A DNA stretch of 64,000 nucleotides from contig OZ024754.1 of NCBI GenBank assembly GCA_964016885.1, positions 33,790,001-33,854,000 of the forward strand. The letters are read 5' to 3'. The position numbers and the translations under genes are program-made. This DNA comes from Eledone cirrhosa (lineage: Eukaryota). This document shows, one piece after another, positions 41,119 through 50,771 of the stretch; within the stretch, counting starts at the first letter, position 1, and every line of letters begins with the position of its first letter. The notes beneath the pieces were generated by a model. That model was not told the DNA's origin. It saw only the letters and a program-made list of their open reading frames with translations, and searched no databases.

Positions 41119-41407
41119 CTGTCATTTAAAAATAATAGTAGAATAGACTAATAATAATTGTTCCTACTTTAGGCACAAGGCCAGCAATTATCTCAGTACA
41201 TTACTGGTACTTTATTTTATCGACCCCGTAAGGATGAAAGGCAAAGTTGACCTCGGTGGGATTTGAACTCAGATCATAAAGGGGCGTAACTCTATGCTGC
41301 AAAGCATGGCGTCCAACCCTCTACCGATACTGCCAATCCACCAATGATGTTTGATTTAGGCACACACACACATATATATGTATACATAAGTATTGATGAT
41401 GACAATA

Positions 41408-41462
<55 letters not shown>

Positions 41463-41599
41463 TAAGTATTGATGATGACAATGATAAACACACACATATA
41501 TATATGTGTGCTGATAATGGCAATGTTACACACACACGTGTTGATGATGACAATGATAAACACACACACATATACATAAGTGTTGATAATGGCAATGTT

Positions 41600-41643
<44 letters not shown>

Positions 41644-42497
41644 TTATTACAGGTTTTCTTACAATATCTATCTACAAAATTATTTTGCTAAGTATTGGTT
41701 AGCCTGAAACTGTAGTAGAGGACAATTGCCCAATCTCCCTATTTGCCAATCAACCAACCTGTCTATCTCCCTCTTACATATCTGCCTATCTATATATCTT
41801 CATTGATTGGCAGATAGATATCATCATCATCATAAAACAGACATGATAATGATGATATCTATCTGCCTATTTGCCAATCAAACAATCTGCAAATCTGCTC
41901 ATCTACCTATTTGCTCATTTGTCAATAGAACAATTTACTTGTCTCCTTGGTAATCTACCTATCAACCAATCTGCTAATATGTCACTTTACCAATATGCTA
42001 ATCTGGCAATTTCCCTTTCAACCGATCTGTCTATTTACCTATTTATCTGCCAATCAACCACTTTGCCAATTCTGTAAATTTATTAATTCTGCCTGCCAAA
42101 AAGCCTATGAGCCTATGTGACATTCTCCTGATCTACATATCCGACTCCTGAAGTTGAGGGTTGTTCTATCTACGGGGTATTAAACAACCCATTTGTGGCG
42201 CCTCCCCCCTATTGGGGATTTCGATTGTTAAATTTGTTTGTTTCAATATTTTTACACGATTGTATGTAAAATCCCCGGCATGTGTCTTTGTTTTGTCCCC
42301 TTTTCTTGTGCACCCTTGTGGCAAATAAAGAAATATATTTGTTTCTCTGCAAATCTGCCAATTTATCAATTTCCCTATCTCTCAATCTGCCAATAGACCC
42401 ATCTGTATATTTGTCAACCTACAAATTTATTAGGCATAAAATGATGATGATGACGATTTCATATTGTTGAGTAATAAAATTTAGCCAACAGACTTAC

Positions 42498-42596
42498 AAT
42501 TTTAAGACAGCTAAATTTGCTTCCAAATCGTAAGTATTTTCCTCAACTTGCATCTTAACATATTGTTCCAATGTTGTTAGATTATCAGGGTTATAT
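42498..42596 (-). CDS. EIF3K: eIF3K exon 2: (R)[32 protein letters not shown]
   Basis: Diagnostic YNP.NL.TLE.YV and [12 protein letters not shown]; 99 nt; AG/GTAAGT boundaries. Confidence 0.97.
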
Positions 42597-42883
42597 CTAC
42601 AAAGAAAAATATTCAATAATTAGCAAATAAACAAATAATGAAATCAACATAAGCAGAAAAACAATATTCTTCAGAAAATCATTCAATGAAGATATTAGCT
42701 CTTAATGTTGATTTAGTGGAAAATATATAAAAATGTTTTGTCCATTCAAATGTTTTATAGTATCTTTACTACTGAACAAATCTTTGTTCCTCAACGGTCA
42801 GCCCCTGTATGTGTATATATATATATTTAGTTTTTGAATTTGTTTTGCAAGATTTCTTATTTGAAAAATGTGTGTTGAAACAG

Positions 42884-43240
42884 ATATTGTTATACTCTGG
42901 GAGGGTCATGCTGCCAATAAAAAAACACGCATCTGTTGGTTTTCATTTCAATTTATTATAAATTTCCAGTTGGTTGGTTCGATAACTGGATGGTCATTTA
43001 TATATTGTCAAAGCTCTTTCGTCACACATTCTGTGACCTCCTCAGTGATTAGGTTTTTATTTTGTGTCTCTCCTTTGTTCTGTCCTACACCATCTACAGA
43101 ATGTGTGACGAAAGAACTTTGACAATATATAAACAACCAGACGGTTATTAAAACCAACCAACTAAGCGGAAATTTATAATAAATTGAAGTGAAAACCAGC
43201 AGGTGCGTGTGTTTTTATTGGCAGCATGACCCAAAGTATC

Positions 43241-43247
<7 letters not shown>
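42884..43247. mobile_element. diverged fold-back element (~150-bp arms) with a hammerhead-like motif, in eIF3K intron 1
   Basis: Arms 42884-43034 and 43096-43247; minus strand reads TCA-CTGAGGAG-GTCACA/TGTGAC-GAAA-GAGCTT-TGA; (TA)n flank. Confidence 0.65.
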
Positions 43248-43269
<22 letters not shown>

Positions 43270-43274
<5 letters not shown>

Positions 43275-43560
43275 GGATAAACAGTAGTGTGCGGGAGAGA
43301 AGACTGCGTTGGTATGGACATGTGATGCGTATGGAGGATGACCTCTGGGTAAAGAAATGCCAAGAAATTCCAGTGGAAGGAAGAGGCGGTAGAGGAAGAC
43401 CACGAAAATCATCGGCGGAGGTGGTGAGAGCTGACCTCAGATCGCTGAAGCTCACAGAGGAGATGACGAAAGACCGTGACGAATGGAGAGATGCTGTGCT
43501 GAAAAGGACCTGTCCCACCCTTGCAAGCAGGGAAAAGCGGGCGTAAAAGATTATGATAAT
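43270..43560 (+). mobile_element. RTE LINE 3' end with intact tail
   Basis: RERRLRWYGHVMRM...GRGRPRK...DRDEWR followed by ACCCTTGCAAGCAGGGAAAAGCGGGCGTAAA, the tail shared with SINE family B. Similar pieces at ~31650-31963 and 63080-63222. Confidence 0.88.
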
Positions 43561-43570
43561 ATATATATAT

Positions 43571-43674
43571 TATAAAGAAGAGATATGGTTTAAAATGTAC
43601 ATCCTCTATTTATTGTATAGAATTATACAATAAATAGAGGCTGTATATTTAAAACAGACTCTCTTCCTTATTAT
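43571..43674. repeat. short inverted repeat in eIF3K intron 1
   Basis: CCTCTATTTATTGTATA-gaat-TATACAATAAATAGAGG with imperfect extension to AAGAAGAG/CTCTTCCTT. Confidence 0.75.
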
Positions 43675-44736
43675 ACTGACACTACGGTTGATACCTTATT
43701 GATAATACTTTAAGGAACACAAGTCGTAGAGTGTTTTACGTCTGTTTACCACTAAATTCTGTAGATTATTTGATCAACCAACTTTTCTTTACTTGAATAA
43801 AATATATATATATATATATATATATATCCTTTACTAATAAGTCAAATTCTTCCATCGCACAGAACTCGCGTCTACTTAAAATATTACAAAATACACACAC
43901 ACACATATATATATAGAGAGAGATATTTATATTCATTTTATTAAGGCTAAATGGTGATCCTTGTTACTCTGGAGTTTCACCTGCTTCCTCACATGTGTAC
44001 GTATACACATGAATGTAAGTACATGTAAATAACCGTAGGTGTGAAAAAGGAAAACAGTGCTGAATCAGGTGTGAGAGCTGATATATTATATTTATTTATG
44101 TTCACACTCGAGACAAATGCGCTACTTAAGGTTTCAATGTCCAATATTGACCATATCTCCAGACTGTAAGAGGAATCAAATTTGGGACCTAATAGGCGCT
44201 TAGAAGAATAGGTCACAAATCTGATCCCTCTTGCTATATGGAGAAATTGGATATTGAAACCTTATGTTCCGTGTATGAACATAAATAAATTTTTTATATA
44301 TATATAAAACAAGGACATTAATGTCTTGTTCGATGCACCGGATACATTTGACATGCTTTCACACTCACAACACATGGAGCCTGAGACAGGAAGCCGGTGA
44401 ATCGCACGAGATATTTTCATTTTTGTTTCGAGATCTATTATCAATGATACCCTATATAAAACAGAAATAAATAGTATAAGCTGATAAATGCTTAGTTATT
44501 CTGGGATTTAGAAAAACCAGCTGTTCTTTTTTTTTTATTTTAAATCGCTAGATCTTTAAGTTTAAAAACATTTTTTTTTTCGCTGTTGCTAGTGTAGATG
44601 ACAATGAAAGGTGCCATATGAAACAATATTATTTATGGCTATCAACTAATTCAGTCAAGCCGAAATACCTTCATGGTTTAAAATTTCTTTTTCTTGTTAT
44701 ATTTTAATGTCATAATAATACGGAGAATGAATTTAC

Positions 44737-44789
44737 CTGTCAATTCCTTTCAAAAGAGTAGACACCGTTATTCTCATAGCATCCGCCAT
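44737..44789 (-). CDS. EIF3K: eIF3K exon 1: MADAMRITVSTLLKGID(R)
   Basis: AAAATGG start context; LLKGIDR motif; AG|GTAAAT donor. Confidence 0.95.
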
Positions 44790-44800
44790 TTTCGCAGATT

Positions 44801-44812
44801 GAAAAGAAAAGA
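44801..44812 (-). promoter_or_regulatory. TCT/5'TOP-like pyrimidine tract upstream of the eIF3K ATG
   Basis: TCTTTTCTTTTC ends 11 nt before the ATG; the transcription start is not known. Confidence 0.4.
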
Positions 44813-45359
44813 TTGAGCCAATTTTTAGCCGCAGTATAGTATCAGCGTATAACGAAATATTTTAGATAATGAGATAAAATTGAAGTTTTTATTACATAGA
44901 CAACTACATAATGTTTTATGAGATTTTGGGACACCTCAGATATATTCAGTTTGGAACGATATAATATTGAGAATAAACAACCAATCCATAGATTCGGGAA
45001 GTTTTCAGTCACATGATCCAGTCTTATAAATTACTAAATTTTTCTGTTAATCCCACGTGTTTACCTACAAATACGATGTACTTTGTTTGTACCTTGTTAC
45101 GCGTGTCATGCCTGGATCTCCCTGAGAATTTCCTTATGGTTACACGTATTTGTGAGCTGCTCAGGCACTTGCACAACTCGAACACATGTAGTCGTCGTAA
45201 CCGACGAAGGTCCAAATAGAAATATTGACTGTAGTTTCCGTTGTGTATATATATACACATAAGCAAAGAGATATTTAATTTGTTGGTTATTCAACAAATT
45301 TATTTATAACAGATTCGAAGCACTCTACAAAATTCTTCTGGAATATCAATGATATTAAA

Positions 45360-45616
45360 AAATGGAAACTATCTTTATAAAACCATATTTATTTTATTAT
45401 ATATATTTCAAGGGTACCAAAATTTTGGTTCGCACTCATCAGATAAAATACAAAAGTTGTTTTATAAATATTGACATATCCAAAAACAAGAAGTTATCGT
45501 TTTAAGTTCAAAATGAACTTAAAACGGTAAGTTCTGGTGAGTGCGTACCAAAATGTTGGTACCCTTGAAATTTATATAATAACATAAATATGGTTTTATA
45601 AAGATAGTTTCTATTT
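45360..45616. mobile_element. fold-back element with hammerhead motifs, upstream of eIF3K
   Basis: Arms 45360-45442 and 45533-45616 plus a central hairpin at 45494-45530. Shares the flank AGATTC.AAGCACTC.ACAA...TTCTGGA with the 24.4 kb element. Confidence 0.72.
45392..45448 (-). ncRNA. minimal type I hammerhead ribozyme with a weakened stem II base
   Basis: TTTTAT-CTGATGA-GTGCGAACCAA/TTGGTACCCTT-GAAA-T(ATAT)A-TA-ATAAAA; G.U at 10.1-11.1. The plus-strand mirror at 45534 has CTGGTGA. Confidence 0.6.
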
Positions 45617-45959
45617 ATTGGCATATATATTTTGTCAGAATCGTAAATCGCCGTTCAAAACGTCGAATTCTGAAAATAAATTTTATTGTGGATGCAGAAA
45701 TGAAGAGAGAGAGAGAATACATTTTAACATATTTATTTTTATTTGGAAGAAGTAGAATAAAGAATTTTAACAATATATATATATATTTTAAATAAATGTT
45801 ATTCACAGCTGTATAAATAATATTACAAATCGTCTGAAATTCTTTCAGAATGAAAATATAAACAGAGCATATAAATAAATGTACAGTAGAATAACATAAC
45901 AAATATGTTTTAAATATATACATAAATAACATTACAAATGCTTAGACAACATTATAAAT

Positions 45960-46923
45960 TGCTCGCGATTTTTCAGAAAGATATATTCCTTTAATGTTAC
46001 AATATTAAAGAAAATGTAAAGGAAGGGGTGAATAACCGAGCCAACACCAGAGCAAAAGACAGCAGCAAGGAGTACTGGGGAACCTCTCTAATGATTTTTG
46101 AGGCAAGCCAGCACACTCGCAGCATTGCCTCGGGTGATGGCGAGGCTGATGCATTGAAACAGCCAAGAACCCTCTCGAGATTCGCCAGTTACCTCTATTA
46201 GGCGAGCCGCCAGTGAAGAGAAGAACCTCGCAGTCAGCGGCCCGACTCCCCCAAACGTCTCGAAAGCCACAGGCTGAAAAGTGTAGCTGGCCGACAGTTC
46301 AGAGTATTTGAGGGTCTTACTCCGCTCGGCTGCGGAAGCTGTGGTTCTCGTCCTAACCGCGGCATCCAGGATGTGGGAAAGAGCAAAAGAGTCACTAACA
46401 GTGACGTCCCAGACAAGGCACCTACCTCTCGACCAGGGGCACAGTGTAAGGCCGACAGGTCTTTTCCCGTCACTTCTGGACAACCCAGGTGGTTCCAAGA
46501 CGGAGAGGATAATTGCCCGGGCCAAAGCTCTCTTCAGAATGAGGTTTAGCTCCGTGTGACGTGCGAAGCGGCCGGCATTCAGGCGGCAAGAAAGACCGTG
46601 GAGTCGAGGAGTTTGCAGCATCAGCACCTCAAACCCATGCAGACGTCAGCTCCCACTCTGAGGGCGATGGAGACACGAAGTTCGTCCAGGCTGAGTACAC
46701 CACCAACGTTGGCCACGGGTAGGGCATCAACCCAGTCGCCTGAGTATTTGGCGCTGGCAGATAGTAAGCGGCACCTTGCAAACTGATCTGACTGGACGAA
46801 GAGGGAGTCGAAGGTGGCCTTCGAACTTATGCTGTCCCAAGTTCTCTGACTTCGACTATTCTCCACCTTCTCAGGAAGAGACAAGCCCAACTCAGTCCAT
46901 TGCTCAGGAAAAGACAAGCCCAA

Positions 46924-46924
<1 letters not shown>
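45960..46924 (-). mobile_element. CRE-like non-LTR retrotransposon 3' fragment (Zn knuckle plus restriction-like endonuclease)
   Basis: S.DWVDALP...LR..IALRVG, HGLSC, ARH.ELN, EPPGL.R.DGKRP(V)GLT, WDVTV, K..KY, F.PVAFETFG, ISLAI.RGNA; broken between the two ORFs; 5' end abuts (CT)n at 46925-46968. Confidence 0.85.
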
Positions 46925-46964
<40 letters not shown>

Positions 46965-48716
46965 TCTCTTCATTTCTGCAGTGCACAATTAAATTCATTT
47001 TCAGAATTCTATATTTTGAACGGAGATTTACGATTCTGACAAAAAAAAAATTATAATATTAATTATCTCTTCATCAAAGCTGGGGCGTGGGGGTGATGTG
47101 AGGGAGATTTTGGCTGCTATTTCTAGAATGTCGAGAGACCACGTAGATGCTCCCTTGTTCGTGGGGAATAGCAGAAAGGATTGGGTGTATTTGTGAGGGA
47201 GATTTTGGCTGCTATTTCTAATATTTACCATGAACTAATAAGTGTGAAATTCCAATTACCTTATTAAAATTTGGGGGAGGGGGAGTTTAACATCCCTTTA
47301 ACTCATTTCTCCAAATTCATGCAACTGGCTTATTTGAGTTATTTCCCTTAGCTCAATACAATAATGTCGCTAAAAAACAACAAAAGCAATATATGTTAAT
47401 CATGTATTTTTGTTGTTGTTGTTGTTTTGGGTTCCCGTATTATCATATGAGTCATGTTTGTTTTGTTGTTGTTTTTACTAATCCCTGCCGATGAGATGGG
47501 GTGGGACCAAGTGTCGGTTTTCGAGATACAATGCATATTAGATTAAATAATAAAAAATGCTCCCGAAAATATCAATAATTTATTTAAAGCTAGACCAATC
47601 ATAGACCGTTTAATTGCAATGCAAACAAATTCACATGGATTATTTACATGAAAGTACAATACAATCAATTATATTGTTGACTACTACAGCAGGGAGATAT
47701 TATTATTAAGAGAGTGGTGCGATTAGCAGAATCGTTAGAGCGCCGGACAAAATAATTTGTAGTATTTGTTCCGACTCTTTAGGATCTAGTTTCAAATCCT
47801 GCCGACGTCAACTTTTCTTTTCATCCTTCTGGGGTCGATAAAATAAAGTAACAATCAAATACTAAGACAATTTTTTTGCTTTCATTGTATATTTTTTGTG
47901 CGTTATATTTATAAGGTTCCGAGCAATAGTTAATTGTATTAAAGTACCAGTAATACACTGAATAATTGCTGGCCTTGTGTCAACAGTAGAAACAATTATA
48001 TGTGTTTATATTTTCATTCGGAACAATTTGTAATGTTATACAACTGAATAAAATTTATTACGTGCTTTCCAATAAAAAAAAAAAAAAATTAATTGATTAT
48101 ATGTATGTATTTCTATGTGATATAAATGTATTTTATATAACTATATCCTAGAAATAAATTATTAAAATTTCAAAATAAAAAGGGGTACTGATATGTATAC
48201 AATCGTAACACCTCCCCAAAATTGCTGGCTTTGTGCCTAAATTAGAAATTATTATTAAGTAATTATAGAAAATAATGTAGAGAACGGGTTTGTTGTCAAT
48301 CAGAGTTATCTGTTCTTTGCTAGTGTTCATTAGGAGTCTGATATATTGTACGGGATGCCACTGTAAAAAAAAGGGGAAAAATGAATTATATTTCAGAAAT
48401 CTGGCACTATATTTGTTGAGGATTATTTAGGAAACTTGAACAGGAATTTATTTACTATTTGAAGACAGATAATTGTTCGGTCACTGCTATGTGAGTTATC
48501 GTCGAATACATATATCTCAAATGAATGAGATCCTTTATGAATTCATAATTTTGAAATCTAACTGTAATTATATTTCTTTTTAAAGTACATTTTGTTGTTT
48601 AGAAAGTATGTTCACTAGGCTAAATTTTATATAAATATGACGTTACAAAGACGTATATACGTCCCGATCAAACAAATTGTCGAATTAAAGTAAATTGTCG
48701 AAGAGGTCGGCAAGAT

Positions 48717-50771
48717 ATGTCTCACTACATGAAAGCCACGCGAAAACACTTCTCTAAAAATGTCCACGAATTCATTATACGACCACTATTGAAACAAAGA
48801 GAAACTGGAGAGTTATGCGATGTTGTCCTCAAATTACACGGTCAGTGTTTTCAAGCCCATAGGGCTATTCTTGCTTTATGGAGTCCTTACTTTTTATCTA
48901 TGTTTACTTGCGACATGAAAGAGAAGACAACTAGAGAGGTAGACCTCTCCGAGTCGCTTTCATTGCAGAGAGAGAGTGTATTTGCAAGCGTCCTCGACTA
49001 TATATACACTGGAACTATTGCTCTCACATTAGATAATGTTGAAGATGTTCTTCGTATTGCCGATTTCTTATTACTGGACGACGTCAAAGACTTTTGCCGA
49101 CAGTTCTATTTGGATCTCGGCAATCTCGATTTAAATAATTGCTTGCGGGTTCGATTTTTAGCAGAAGACCATAGCCTGCATGAAGTAAAGGAATATTGTC
49201 AAAAAATCATTGAGGCGCGATTCCATGATTATTTAATATTTCACGATGACATCCTTGAACTGTCTGTGTCTTGCTTATTAGTTTTATTAGAAAACCCGTC
49301 TGTTTTACAACATACTCGGCATAAAGATCTTAAGAAATTGATACACCGCTGGGTTGAATATGAACCTGACACTCGTAAACAATTTCTGGAGGAATTAAAC
49401 TTGTGTATTAAAGTTTGGGTATGCGATATGATAAATGAAGCCCCTTTCTTTGGTCGAGCTCTTGCCAGAACTGGGATGGCTAGCCTGTGGCATTCGTATC
49501 ATGGGTCTTCTGAAGAAATTCCGTCGAACAAAACAATGGAGGCCAGTGCTGTTTTTACTGAAAACACTTCACGCGGGTATGAACTCAGCCAGCAAGTATT
49601 ACTTGCTGTGGTGTGGAATCAAGGAATGAAGTTTTTTAAGCTTTTGGTTTACAACATTTCTGAGCAGAAGTGGTACTGCATGCCTATCCCAAAAGAGCGT
49701 TTACTACAACTTATACCACCTCGACAGTCCTTATGCAATGTTCTGCTGAACAAAAGTCATTTGTACCTTTACCTGTGTTCTAGCTTTCCCTACCCTACTG
49801 ATATGCTGAAAATTAATGTGCTTGCCATAGATTTAGAAACCCAAAAAACCTCATTGTATTCATTTCGAACTGTCGACTATTATAATCCAAGTTATAGAAC
49901 AACTTTGACAAACTATCGAACTGTACCGCCTGCCATAGTTTATTGTAACAATCATTTCTTTGTCATCGGAAATAAAGAAGGTACCGGTCACCTTTTTCTC
50001 TGTAATTTGCAAACACACCTTTATTCATGCTATCACATACCTAGTTCCAGGATTATTAGTTTGGCACGAGCTGTAGTGAAAAACAACCAGTTTATTTATC
50101 TTTGGTACCGTCATCGAACGGGTCCATCCGAGGAATTTTGCATCAAGAAATCTGTTGGCTTTGCAATGTTTGATGCAAAGATGAAACAATTTTCTAGCTG
50201 GGATATTCCTCCTCCAGATATAACTTATGATGATTTCGCACGACCTTACATCATGTGCATTCGAGAAGATACAGTGTTTGTGTACCTTCCTGGCAAACCC
50301 GCCCTCGTATTAGATGAAACCAGAGGTAAATGGGTTACATCACTTCGACGGATTCCCGTACCAGGTTCATTCTCTGACCATAATGCTCAGCTATATGGAT
50401 ATCAATTACAGGCCTCTACCAGTCATAGTATATTTGTGTTAAACAATGAGGCTCCATATACAACAACAATTTACGAAGTATCCGAAACTCTCCCTATGGC
50501 ATTGGCTCATACTCCACCTCCCATTGACCATGTTTCTATGGTAACATCCGGATTATTATCATCCAGTATTCTTGATATGTTAGAAAGTTATGATACATAT
50601 GATGATTCTTATGCAACAGCTTTACATGTCAATATGCAAGTTTCGGTATGTGACACAGAAGATAGTGGAACTTCGAATGACGAAGAACAAGATTCTGACA
50701 ATAATGATTATGAATATGATGAAGACTTTTATGGTTACAATTTTGAGATGGATGCTGGCTTGGAATTCTGA
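48717..50771 (+). CDS. intronless BTB-BACK kelch-like protein, 684 aa, putative CUL3 adaptor
   Basis: BTB: LCDVVL...FQAHRAILA..SPYF.SMFT...LDYIYTG...VL.IADFL. BACK: NCL....A....L...F...DILELS...L.LL...WV.YE...R. Beta-rich C-terminal half and an acidic tail. Confidence 0.93.
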   Translation: MSHYMKATRKHFSKNVHEFIIRPLLKQRETGELCDVVLKLHGQCFQAHRAILALWSPYFLSMFTCDMKEKTTREVDLSESLSLQRESVFASVLDYIYTGTIALTLDNVEDVLRIADFLLLDDVKDFCRQFYLDLGNLDLNNCLRVRFLAEDHSLHEVKEYCQKIIEARFHDYLIFHDDILELSVSCLLVLLENPSVLQHTRHKDLKKLIHRWVEYEPDTRKQFLEELNLCIKVWVCDMINEAPFFGRALARTGMASLWHSYHGSSEEIPSNKTMEASAVFTENTSRGYELSQQVLLAVVWNQGMKFFKLLVYNISEQKWYCMPIPKERLLQLIPPRQSLCNVLLNKSHLYLYLCSSFPYPTDMLKINVLAIDLETQKTSLYSFRTVDYYNPSYRTTLTNYRTVPPAIVYCNNHFFVIGNKEGTGHLFLCNLQTHLYSCYHIPSSRIISLARAVVKNNQFIYLWYRHRTGPSEEFCIKKSVGFAMFDAKMKQFSSWDIPPPDITYDDFARPYIMCIREDTVFVYLPGKPALVLDETRGKWVTSLRRIPVPGSFSDHNAQLYGYQLQASTSHSIFVLNNEAPYTTTIYEVSETLPMALAHTPPPIDHVSMVTSGLLSSSILDMLESYDTYDDSYATALHVNMQVSVCDTEDSGTSNDEEQDSDNNDYEYDEDFYGYNFEMDAGLEF

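Noticed and set aside
42140-42332. Possible LINE 3' end or small gene ending in AATAAA
   Set aside because: Plausibly a repeat 3' UTR, but I found no second copy or protein motif in the window to support a call.
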